Origin: Candidatus Binatia bacterium
Lineage (GTDB): Bacteria > Desulfobacterota > Binatia > UBA9968 > JAJDTQ01
DNA: 64,000 nt
NCBI GenBank assembly: GCA_963666515.2
Contig: OY762897.2
Span: 1,696,001-1,760,000 of the forward strand
Direction of reading: 5' to 3'
In this document: in pieces, positions 9,933 through 19,051 of the stretch
Layout of the letters: the number at the start of each line of letters is the position of its first letter
Position numbering within the stretch: position 1 is the first letter of the stretch
Position numbers and translations under genes: made by a program
The notes under the pieces: generated by a model
What the model was told of the DNA's origin: nothing
The model's database searches: none
Seen by the model: the letters and a program-made list of their open reading frames with translations, nothing else

Positions 9933-12351
9933 AGCAGATCCGAATCAGTACGTGGGCCTTGCCGCCCGGAGCAAGGAAGGGCCGCGGCTCGTCACCGGGA
10001 AGGGCCGGTACACCGACGACTTCACCGAGCCCGGCATGTTGCAGGCGGTGTTCCTGAGGAGCCCGCACGCGCACGCGCGCATCCTCGGGGTGGACGCCCA
10101 GGCCGCGCTGAGCCGCCCGGACGTGTTCGCGGTGGTGACGCCGGAGGACATGAAACGGGACACCAAGCCGTTCCGCCCCGGCCGCTACGCCGCCGGCCTC
10201 AAGAAGCCGATAGCGGAATACGCCGGCGCGGTGGACAAGGTGCGCTACGTGGGCGAGCCCGTGGGCGCGGTGGCGGCCAGGGACCGGAGCACCGCGGAGG
10301 ACGTTCTCGAATCCATCACCGTGGACTACGAGATCCTCCCCGCCAACACCGACGTCCACAAGGCCATGGCCGGCGAGGACGCCTCGGTCATCTACGAGGA
10401 GCTGGGGGCCAACCTGGCCTGGCAGGGCACCCTGGAATACGGCGACACCGAGAAGGCGTTCCGGGAGGCCGACCGGGTGGTGCAGGAGAACCTCAAGATC
10501 CACCGCTACAGCTCGACGCCGCTGGAGCCGCTGGCGTGCATCGCCTCCTACGACCGCTTCAGCCGCAAGCTCACGGTGCGCACCAACACCCAGGTTCCTG
10601 AAAACATCTACGACGCGTTGCGGGACGCCCTCCAGATCGACGACATCCGGGTCATCATCCCGGACATCGGCGGCGGCTTCGGACAGAAGATCCACCTGAT
10701 CCGCAAGTACGTGGTGATCGTGGCGCTGCTGGCCATCAAGTCGGGCCGGCCCGTGAAGTGGATCGAGGACCGCAACGAGCACATGATGGCCGCGGGCCAC
10801 GCGTGCGAGCAGCACTTCGACGTCGAGGCCGCGGTGAAGAACGACGGCACGGTCACCGGGCTGCGCTTCAAGGAGATCGACGACGTGGGCGGCTCCATCA
10901 GCACGCTCACCATCCACTTCACCAACAAGCTCAACAACCTGAGCAACACCTACAAGGTCCAGAACATCCGCGCCGACGGCTACTCGGTGGTCACCAACCG
11001 CTGTCCGGTGATCCCCAACCGCGGCATCGGCAAGCCCGGCATGTGCTACATCTGGGAGCGCATCATCGACAGGGTGGCCCAGGACCTGGACATGGACCCC
11101 TCCGAGGTGCGCTTCAGGAACCTGGTGCAGCCTGAGCAGATGCCCTACACCACCCCCAACGGCAACATCTACGACAGCGGCGACTATCCCGGCCTGCTGA
11201 AACGGGCGCTGGAGAAGGTGGACTACCCGGCACTCAAGGAGGAGCAGGCGCGGGAGCGCGAGAAGGGACGCTACCTCGGCATCGGCGTGGTCATCGGGGT
11301 GGAGCCCGGCGGCCGCAACGCCGCCCGGGACATGGCCATCTTCCCCGAGATGAAGGAGACGCCCGGGTCCGGCGGCATCAACGGCGCCACCATCAAGCTC
11401 GAGAAGAACGGCACCATCGCCCTCTACCTGGGCTCGCCCAACTGCGGCCAGGCCCACGAGACCACCACCGCCCAGGTGGCCGCGGGGATCTTGGGCGTGA
11501 GCCCCGACGTCATCAGCACCACCACGCCCTTCGACAGCGACGTGGCGCCCTGGGGCGTGGCCGCGGCCAACAGCGGCAACAACTTCCACCTCTACGACAT
11601 CGGCTCCATCATCGGCGCCGCCACGCAGCTCCGGGAGAAGGTCCTCAAGGTGGCCGGGCACATCCTCGACGCCGAGCCGTCCGACCTGGAAATCACCGAC
11701 GGCGTAGTGACCGTTCCCGGCTTCCCTCGGCGCAAGCTCACCTTCGCCGAGCTGGGCAAGGCGGCCTACAACAACCAGTCGCTGCTGCCCGAGGGCATCG
11801 ACGCGGGGTTGCAGACCACGTTCTACTACACGTTCCCCCACGCCCAGCCGAACCTGGTGCCGGGCCAGGACCGCCGGGTGCGCGCCCAGTTCACCTTCGG
11901 CGCCGGCGCCCACGTGGCCGTGGTGGAAGTGGACCCGCGCACCGGCAAGGTCGAGGTGCTGCGCTACCTCATCGTGGGAGACAACGGCACCATCATCAAC
12001 CCCGGCGTGGTGGACGGACAGATCTACGGCTCCGCCGCCCACGGCATCGCCGTGGCCCTGGGCGAGGGCTTCGTCTACGACGACGAGGGGCAGCTTCTCA
12101 CCATCACGCTGACCGACTACGGCAAGTGCTCCACCGCCGAGACCCCCAACGTCGAGGTGGAGCACGCGCCCTCGCCGTCGGCGTTCACGCCGCTGGGACA
12201 GAAGGCCGCGGGTGAAGGGGCCGCCATCCCCTCCCCCGCCGCCATCGCCAGCGCGGTGGAGAACGCCCTGGAGCCCTTCGGGGTCAAGGTCCGGGATCTG
12301 CCGCTCACCCCCGAGCGGGTCTGGCAACTGATTCAGGAGGCCCAGGCATGA
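9925..12351 (+). CDS. Xanthine dehydrogenase family molybdopterin-binding subunit (CoxL-like, not form I CODH)
   Basis: RSPHAHARI, IGGGFGQK, GQAHETT, KAAGEG; active-site loop PNRGIG. Confidence 0.92.
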   Translation: MAKADPNQYVGLAARSKEGPRLVTGKGRYTDDFTEPGMLQAVFLRSPHAHARILGVDAQAALSRPDVFAVVTPEDMKRDTKPFRPGRYAAGLKKPIAEYAGAVDKVRYVGEPVGAVAARDRSTAEDVLESITVDYEILPANTDVHKAMAGEDASVIYEELGANLAWQGTLEYGDTEKAFREADRVVQENLKIHRYSSTPLEPLACIASYDRFSRKLTVRTNTQVPENIYDALRDALQIDDIRVIIPDIGGGFGQKIHLIRKYVVIVALLAIKSGRPVKWIEDRNEHMMAAGHACEQHFDVEAAVKNDGTVTGLRFKEIDDVGGSISTLTIHFTNKLNNLSNTYKVQNIRADGYSVVTNRCPVIPNRGIGKPGMCYIWERIIDRVAQDLDMDPSEVRFRNLVQPEQMPYTTPNGNIYDSGDYPGLLKRALEKVDYPALKEEQAREREKGRYLGIGVVIGVEPGGRNAARDMAIFPEMKETPGSGGINGATIKLEKNGTIALYLGSPNCGQAHETTTAQVAAGILGVSPDVISTTTPFDSDVAPWGVAAANSGNNFHLYDIGSIIGAATQLREKVLKVAGHILDAEPSDLEITDGVVTVPGFPRRKLTFAELGKAAYNNQSLLPEGIDAGLQTTFYYTFPHAQPNLVPGQDRRVRAQFTFGAGAHVAVVEVDPRTGKVEVLRYLIVGDNGTIINPGVVDGQIYGSAAHGIAVALGEGFVYDDEGQLLTITLTDYGKCSTAETPNVEVEHAPSPSAFTPLGQKAAGEGAAIPSPAAIASAVENALEPFGVKVRDLPLTPERVWQLIQEAQA

Positions 12352-13205
12352 TCCCCGGCGCGTTCGACTACCACGCACCCGCCTCCCTGGAGGAGGCCCT
12401 GTCGCTCCTGTCCGCCAACCTGGACGACGCCAAGGTCCTGGCCGGCGGCCAGAGCCTGCTGCCGCTCATGAAGCTGCGGCTCGCCAAGCCCGAGGTCATC
12501 ATCGACATCGGCGGCCTCGCGGAACTGAACTACATCCGGGAAGACGGAGACCACATCGCCATCGGCGCCCTCGCCACCTACACGGATGTGGCTGAATCCG
12601 AACTGATCCTGAGCCGCTGCCCGCTGCTGGCGCAAACCGCGGTGGTGGTAGGCGACGTGCAGGTGCGAAACCGCGGCACCGTCGGCGGCGGACTGGCCCA
12701 CGCCGACCCGGCCGAAGACCTGCCCGCCGCCATCCTGGCCCTGGACGCCGAGCTAAAGGCCACTGGCCCCGGCGGCGAGCGCTGGATCCCCGCCGGCGAG
12801 TTCTTCATCACCATGCTCACCACGAGCCTCATGCCCGAGGAGCTGCTCACCGAGATCCGCGTCCCCGCGCGGGATGGCTACAAATCCGCCTACCAGAAGG
12901 CATCCCGGCAGGCCGCCGGCTTCGCCATCGTGGGCGCGGCCGTATGTCTCAAGGAGTCCGCAGACGGCGGCTGCGAGGACATCGCCATCGGCGTCACCGG
13001 CGTGGGCGACATAGCCTATCGCGCCGAAAGAGTGGAAGCGGCGCTACGCGGCCAAAAGCTCGACGACGGCGCCATCTCGGGTGCAGCAGCACTAGTCACA
13101 GACGGCGTCGACCCCATCGAGGACGTCAACGCCACCCCGACCTACCGCGCCCATCTGGCGCAGGTGTACGTGGAAAGGACGATTCAGGCGGCGCGGGCGG
13201 GGTGA
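12348..13205 (+). CDS. Xanthine dehydrogenase family FAD subunit (CoxM-like)
   Basis: LAGGQSLLP, QVRNRGTVGG, HADPA. Confidence 0.95.
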   Translation: MIPGAFDYHAPASLEEALSLLSANLDDAKVLAGGQSLLPLMKLRLAKPEVIIDIGGLAELNYIREDGDHIAIGALATYTDVAESELILSRCPLLAQTAVVVGDVQVRNRGTVGGGLAHADPAEDLPAAILALDAELKATGPGGERWIPAGEFFITMLTTSLMPEELLTEIRVPARDGYKSAYQKASRQAAGFAIVGAAVCLKESADGGCEDIAIGVTGVGDIAYRAERVEAALRGQKLDDGAISGAAALVTDGVDPIEDVNATPTYRAHLAQVYVERTIQAARAG

Positions 13206-13276
13206 GGTCTTCGCGGCCGTGAGCCGATCCAGCAACCGCTATAGGTCGCCAACTGAAATTTCCGACGGGGAGAACC

Positions 13277-14114
13277 TCACGTGACCTCCGCCCAGGATCG
13301 ATTCAGGATCTCATCCGGCACCATGAGGTTCCAGCCCTTGACTCCTTTGTAGCGTCGACGCTTGTCGCGCGTCATATAGTGGGGCCGTTGTGGGGACAGT
13401 CCGCGCAGAGAATCGAGGTGAGCTTCTCCCACCATCAGTGGTTCTCTGTGCTGTTCCAGAAAGAACCCCACCTTTGCCGCAGTAGTGGCGTTTCCCAGAA
13501 GACGCGTGTACTCGATGACTTGATCCAAATCGAAAAAACTCCACCGATTCCAGAGACCGCCAGATTTCCTCCCAGCTTCCGGCCAGACCAGGGCGGTCCA
13601 GCATATCGACCAGCGTCCTCTCGTGGTTTGTCACTCGGACTTCCACGCCCGAGCGATGGTGACAGGTCACCCCAAACATCGCCTCGCCCTTCGCCAAGAG
13701 CGGCGGTGGTACGGGAGCGCCCCGGAATGTGTGCGATTGGAAGGTCAGCGGAAGCGATTTCCTCGCTGAAACGTAGACGAATCTCCAGTGTACCGAATAG
13801 GCCCTGCCGTGGAATTCCATAGCCGTATGGTACGCCAACACCGCATCCTCGGTCATGTTGGCCGCAACCAAGTATGGATCCACGACAGTGGATTCCGGGT
13901 CCAGTCCCAAGGGGACAGTCGCATAAAGACCCCGGCGCACTCGGACCACCCGTCCTCGCCTCCGATGGTAGTTCAGGAGTGACTTGCGAGTGTTGGAATT
14001 GTCGGATCCCCGGCTGGCCAGAAAGCGGTCCAACTCGTCGACCGTAAACACGGCATGCCACGCCAGAAACTCGTTGAACGTTCCACGCCCTTGTTTTTGA
14101 TGATTGGCGGACAT
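13277..14114 (-). pseudogene. Type IV TA AbiEi-family antitoxin/regulator, frameshifted
   Basis: wHTH RVRRGLY, AYHTAMEFHG, ERTLVD; extra T in the run at 13533-13538 splits ORFs 13311..14114 and 13277..13528. Confidence 0.75.
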
Positions 14115-14141
14115 AGGATTAAAAACCTTAATCCTATGTCC
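14109..14141. promoter_or_regulatory. 14-bp perfect inverted repeat (operator) overlapping the AbiEi start codon
   Basis: GGACATAGGATTAA-aaacc-TTAATCCTATGTCC. Confidence 0.7.
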
Positions 14142-14242
14142 CGCATTTTGTCAAAGTTGACGTTTGGCGAGATAGTCGATCAGGACCAGGGAAGCCACCC
14201 CAAAAGCCTCCGAACACCGACAGTGAAGACCGTGCGACCTCC

Positions 14243-15210
14243 TTACAGGCTCCGTACACGGCCGGAAAAAACCCCGTGCATGTCGTTCAGGTGTGTGGCA
14301 AGCCATTGGTGCTGACTGGGCCAATCTGAGTCGTCCTCGGGATCGACATCTCTCAGGTAACAAGCGATCCGACAATCTTGGCGATCTGGCAGTTCCTCCC
14401 ACTCAAGGGGATAGCGCAACTCTTGCTCGATTTCGTCCTTCTGATCTTCGAGGAGACCAAAGAAGTTCTTGGCGTCCTTCCCTCTAATCTAATGTACAAC
14501 TCCGTCCGGACGTACCTCTGCAAACGGTTCAGGGCAGCGGCCAGTGAAAACCCTGTGCGTCCTACGGGATAGTTCATCCAGCTCCTTGGTCCTGGTTTCC
14601 GGTTACCTCTCACCGACCCGTTGGCGCCATCAAGTACACCGTTGAGCGCAGCCCAGTATTCCCGTTGTCTGACCCTTGTTTCCGACAATTCCGCATCATC
14701 GATGGCCCGGGCTGCATGAGCCACCGATTTGGACCAGTCGTTGGGTCGCGCGACAATGTTGAACTTGGGCGCGGCCGGTGAATCACCTATCCTCCAAAGC
14801 TCGATTTCCAAGCCGAAGAAGCGAAAACTCTCATCCGTGATGCTATTCAGCCAGTCCAGGGTAGCTCGGTGTTCTTCCGTAAAGCGCGCCGCCAGCCATA
14901 CGATAGTCACGGCTTGCAGACCGGCCGCGTAGGTCAGTAGCTGACCGAGATGAGTATGGTCGGTCCGCTCAAGTTGGTTTTCGACCAGCACCCACGAGTC
15001 GGTACCCATGTCCTTGCAGAGAATATCGGCCCGAAAAGGTCCGACCTCCTTTTCTTGCGCCTCCAACTCCAGTTCGTCGATACCGAGGGTATCTGCCAAG
15101 ATTTCCAGGTTCTCGGGCTGAGCAAGCCACGGTGTGAACCCTGCCGGTTCACTGGTCCAAATGGTTCGGAGGTCGACGCGCTCCAAACGTCCAAGCAATC
15201 CGTCATTCAT
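14243..15210 (-). pseudogene. DUF4268 protein with NucS-like PD-(D/E)xK N-terminus, frameshifted
   Basis: FTPWL, ADILC..VENQL..TDHTHLGQ; 5-bp duplication CTAAT at 14484-14493 shifts off the C-terminus (..LEWEELPD..WL..RVRSL*). Confidence 0.75.
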
Positions 15211-15259
15211 CGACAATCTCCCATGCGCACACGCAGGATTCCCCGGATCATGTCGCAAA

Positions 15260-15530
15260 TCAGTTAGGGGCCGGAGGCAATCGCTGAGCGCCGTGCACTA
15301 CGGCCAAGACTTCAACTCGTTCGGGTTTGACCCGGTAGATGATGCGATAAGGTCTTTCGATGACTTCCCGGATGCCCGGCGCTTCATATTCCGGGACTAT
15401 GCGACCAGATTCCGGAAACTGGGCAATCTGCTCCGAACGCCGCGTAAGTCGATCGACTACGCGTTGTGCATATAGAGGTGCGTCTTGAGCGATGTGTTCG
15501 TAGATTGCTACACGTCCAATAAGTCTTCAC
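15260..15530 (-). pseudogene. RelE/ParE family toxin, frameshifted near the 5' end
   Basis: GTG overlaps antitoxin stop; MKTYWT then out of frame AIYEHIAQD..FPESGRIVPE..YRIIYR..LAVVHG. Confidence 0.75.
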
Positions 15531-15715
15531 GTCGCTAAACCAAACTTGGCCCGCACCTCCTTGACGTCCAGAATCCGGCCGGCGTCACTGTCGTCCAAAC
15601 CTGCCTCAATCGCCTGCCGGACGTAGATCTCGTACATCAAATCGTCCCAGGTCGCGTCTGCCGGGAGCTTTTCGATCAGACGCTGTGCTTCCTGTCTGAT
15701 GTCGGTGGTGGGCAT
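15527..15715 (-). CDS. Small antitoxin of RelE/ParE module
   Basis: LPADATWDDLMYEIYVRQAIEAGL pattern; GAGGT RBS; GTGA coupling to toxin remnant. Confidence 0.75.
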   Translation of the reverse strand: MPTTDIRQEAQRLIEKLPADATWDDLMYEIYVRQAIEAGLDDSDAGRILDVKEVRAKFGLAT

Positions 15716-15798
15716 GGATCACCTCTTCTTTTTGCAATTGAGGACACGTCCGGAACGCCAGATGGCGCTTGTCCGTCAAACCGCTCCGCCAAGATGCA

Positions 15799-15963
15799 TC
15801 AGGATGGCCGTTCCCGAAGTCGCGCAATGACAGATGCAGCCGGCTGCACCTGCCCTGCTTCGATCTGACGGTTACCCAGCTCGATGATCTTGACCAAGGC
15901 GATGGTCGCTTCGCTCGTCTCGCAGCCGTCAGCGTCCTGCAATGGCTGTCCTGGTTTCACCAT
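15799..15963 (-). pseudogene. C-terminal remnant of a Phd/YefM antitoxin
   Basis: 54-codon ORF (below track cutoff) LQD..ETSEATIALVKIIELGNRQIEAGQVQPAASVIARLR. Confidence 0.5.
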
Positions 15964-16074
15964 GTGTGGACCGCTCCGTATTGAACCCCATAAAACAATC
16001 TAAACCCTGGAAGGATCGCGGTACAAGCCCTGTCGGGCGTCTCCGACCAACTCAACTCGGTACGAGTCAACTCT

Positions 16075-16692
16075 TTACACGTCCCGAATGGCGCCCGAGT
16101 GACTGAGGATCAGGGAGGCCAGGCCGCACGCGATCAGGACGCATCCGAACACCACGGTGATCTTGCTGGTGCCCACGTTGGGGATGAAGACGAATACCGT
16201 CACCAGGGTTCCAAGGACGTTGCCCATGGTGGAGACGCCGTACACCGCGCCGGTGATGCGGCCGCCGTACGCCAGCTCCTTGAGCAGCAGGCGCACGAAG
16301 AACGGGGAGAGGGCCGCAAGCAGCGCAACAGGCAGAAACGTCAGGGCCACGGCGGCGACCATGGTGCCCCAGAAGTCATAGCCGGCGGACAGCATGATGG
16401 CTTCCATGACGCCGTTCGCCAAGAACGCCACCAGGATCAGGTAGACGCCGACGGCGGAGAGCACGGTGGATACGATCCAGATCTCACGGGAGCGGTCGGC
16501 GACGATGCCTCCCGCGGTGTAGCCTACCATCATGGCGAAGAGCACGACGGCGATCAGGCAGGCCCAGGTCGTGATGCCGCTGCCGAAATAGGGATTGAGG
16601 TAGCGGCTCCCCAACATCTCGAAGCCCATGAGGGCGAAGCCGGAAAGAAAGATCAGCAGGAACAGCCACGCCGAACCGATCACACGTACCAT
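16075..16692 (-). CDS. Membrane domain of 'fused MFS/spermidine synthase' family, stand-alone
   Basis: SGFALMGFEMLGSRYLNPYFGS, G.VYGVSTMGNVLGT; about 6 TM; TGATG coupling to upstream gene. Confidence 0.8.
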   Translation of the reverse strand: MVRVIGSAWLFLLIFLSGFALMGFEMLGSRYLNPYFGSGITTWACLIAVVLFAMMVGYTAGGIVADRSREIWIVSTVLSAVGVYLILVAFLANGVMEAIMLSAGYDFWGTMVAAVALTFLPVALLAALSPFFVRLLLKELAYGGRITGAVYGVSTMGNVLGTLVTVFVFIPNVGTSKITVVFGCVLIACGLASLILSHSGAIRDV

Positions 16693-17660
16693 CACCACTT
16701 CCCTTTCAGGAACTCGTCCAGCTTGCGGTTGTGCCGCTCGATGGCCCGCAGCGCTTCCACCGGCGCGAAATCGTCCGTGAGCACGTCGGTGTCCGGCAAG
16801 CGCTCGACGCTGCGCCTTTGGGCGACCATTTCGTTCAGCAGGTATTTGAACCCGAACGCGCCGTCCAGTCTTGCGGCGGTTGACGCCAACTCGGCCTGTT
16901 GGCGCCGGGGTCCGTCATAGGCGATCATGACCACGTTGCCTCCGGCATCGTACAGGTCCACGTGGTCGAACACCTTGCCGATGGTGACCAGGGCGGCGTC
17001 AAACATCATGGTGTTGGGCTCGACGTTCTGCGCCACGGCGCCGCCGGGCCGGACGCGGGTCTTGACGAGGCGGTAAAACTCCGTCGTAAGCAGGTGAAAG
17101 GGCACGAAGGCGCTCCGGTAGGCGTCGATCAGGATGACCGGCCATTGTGTTCGATGCCTGAGAATATACCGGCGGCCGTCCTCGATGGAGACATTGAAAT
17201 TCTGCTCGAGCCGGACGCCGAAGTAACGCTTGGCCAACTCGAAAACCTCCGGGTCGAGTTCCACCGAGGTGACCTGGAGGTCGGGCATGCTCTTGTGCAG
17301 GTACCAAGCGGTCCGACCCCCGCCGAAGCCGATTTCGAGGACCCGGTCCACGTCGCCCGCGTAGGCGAGGACGGCGGTCATGTACCGCGTGTATCGGGAA
17401 GGGAGCGCCAGTTCGTCGCGCGTGTCGTAAACCGTTTCCGTGTAGAGAGCCCGGTTGTGTCCGAACGTCATGGTGACGATCGGCCCTTCCTTGAAGATGT
17501 AGATGTTGTTGTAGACGGACTCGCGCTTGGCGATGAGGACCTGGGACGCCAGCGCGGGTTGCGCTTCCGCGAACAGGAACAGCGCCAGCAAAGCGCTGAG
17601 TGCGCCAAAGGGTCGTCTTGTGGGATAAGTCACGCCTTCGGGTTCCCGAACGATCGCCAA
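16692..17660 (-). CDS. Spermidine-synthase-like SAM-dependent domain with N-terminal signal/TM
   Basis: ESVYNNI, VLEIGFGGG, VELDPEV, EDGR, ILIDAY, PFHLLTTEF, LTDDFAPVE; start uncertain. Confidence 0.8.
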   Translation of the reverse strand: MAIVREPEGVTYPTRRPFGALSALLALFLFAEAQPALASQVLIAKRESVYNNIYIFKEGPIVTMTFGHNRALYTETVYDTRDELALPSRYTRYMTAVLAYAGDVDRVLEIGFGGGRTAWYLHKSMPDLQVTSVELDPEVFELAKRYFGVRLEQNFNVSIEDGRRYILRHRTQWPVILIDAYRSAFVPFHLLTTEFYRLVKTRVRPGGAVAQNVEPNTMMFDAALVTIGKVFDHVDLYDAGGNVVMIAYDGPRRQQAELASTAARLDGAFGFKYLLNEMVAQRRSVERLPDTDVLTDDFAPVEALRAIERHNRKLDEFLKGKW

Positions 17661-17704
17661 TGATATAGACCTTGAACGGATCGAGGTACAAACGGACCGC
17701 CCCT

Positions 17705-19051
17705 ATGAACAACATCGCCACCTTCATCGCGCTCAACCGCTTCGGCCTTGGCATCGCACCCGGTGAATCCGATGGCGTCGAGGCCGACTCCCGCGGCTGG
17801 ATCAAGGCGCAGATCGCGCGCCGTCAGACTGTTCCGGCGGCGCTCCGATCCTTTCCCGGCTCCGCTTCGATCATGAAGGAGATGCACGAGGCGCGTATCG
17901 AAAGCCCGGAAAAGCTCAGGGAGGCCACCCGTCGGCACAACCGGCAAACCTTCAGGCCCGAGGTCGCGGCCCGGGCGCGGCACATGATCACCACGGACAA
18001 GCCCTTCGCCGAGCGCATGGTGCTGTTCTGGTCGAACCACTTCACCGTCTCGCGCCCCAAGTCGATCATCGGCCCGGCGTGCCCGGCCTACGAGCGCGAA
18101 GCCATTCGCCCGCACGTCTTCGGCCGCTTCGAGGACATGCTGACGGCGTCCGCCGGCCACGTCGTCATGCTGTCCTATCTCGACAACAACCGGTCGGTGG
18201 GGCCGAACTCCCGAGTCGGCAAACGCTCCGGGAGAACGATCAACGAGAACCTGGCGCGGGAGATACTGGAGCTGCACACGCTGGGCGTGGACGGCGGATA
18301 CACGCAATCCGACGTGGGCGAGTTCGCCAAGGCCCTTACCGGCTGGACCCATGGCGGGACGGGAGGCCGTCGCCGGCGAAGACCGGTGACCGGCGGTTTC
18401 GTATTCCGCAACGCGACACACGAGCCGGGAACGAAGAGGATCCTCGGCAAGACCTACCCTGAAGACGGCGTTGACGAAGCCAAGGCGGTCATGCACGACC
18501 TCGCGCGTCATCCGTCAACGGCCCGGTTCATCGCCACGAAGCTGGTGCGCCATTTCGTGGCCGACGACCCGCCGGCGGAGGCCGTGGAACGCATCGCCCG
18601 CGTTTTCCGGGATACCGATGGCGACCTCGCGGAAGTCTCGCTCGCCCTCGTCGATCTGGAAGCCGCCTGGAGCGAACCGCTCCCCAAGGTCAAGACGCCC
18701 CATGAGCTGGTCATATCGACCTTGCGCGCGCTCGGCATCCACAAGGTGGCGGGGAGGACCTTTAATACACCCTTGAGGATCATGGGGCAGCAGCCCTTCC
18801 GCGCACCGTCACCTCAAGGCTGGCCCGACCGGTCCGGGCACTGGATCGCCCCGGAGGGTCTGCTGCGCCGGATCGAATGGCTGCGCGCCATCGCGGCCAG
18901 GGCGCCGGCGTCCGAAACGCCGGACGTGCTGCTGGATCGCCTGATCGGACCGGTCGCCTCCGACGACACGAGGCTCTGGGTCGACCGTGCACCCTCCACC
19001 GATGCCGCCGTAGCCCTTGTGCTCGCTTCCGCGGAATTCCAAAGGAGATGA
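17705..19051 (+). CDS. DUF1800 domain protein
   Basis: ALNRFGLG, FWSNHF, MLSYLDN, NENLAREILELHTLG, C-terminal EFQRR. Confidence 0.92.
   Translation: MNNIATFIALNRFGLGIAPGESDGVEADSRGWIKAQIARRQTVPAALRSFPGSASIMKEMHEARIESPEKLREATRRHNRQTFRPEVAARARHMITTDKPFAERMVLFWSNHFTVSRPKSIIGPACPAYEREAIRPHVFGRFEDMLTASAGHVVMLSYLDNNRSVGPNSRVGKRSGRTINENLAREILELHTLGVDGGYTQSDVGEFAKALTGWTHGGTGGRRRRRPVTGGFVFRNATHEPGTKRILGKTYPEDGVDEAKAVMHDLARHPSTARFIATKLVRHFVADDPPAEAVERIARVFRDTDGDLAEVSLALVDLEAAWSEPLPKVKTPHELVISTLRALGIHKVAGRTFNTPLRIMGQQPFRAPSPQGWPDRSGHWIAPEGLLRRIEWLRAIAARAPASETPDVLLDRLIGPVASDDTRLWVDRAPSTDAAVALVLASAEFQRR

Noticed and set aside
9925-12351. Aerobic CO dehydrogenase coxL
   Set aside because: Lacks AYxCSFR and coxDEF-type accessory genes
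13206-16074. Prophage or integrative element
   Set aside because: No integrase, transposase, tRNA or flanking direct repeats seen
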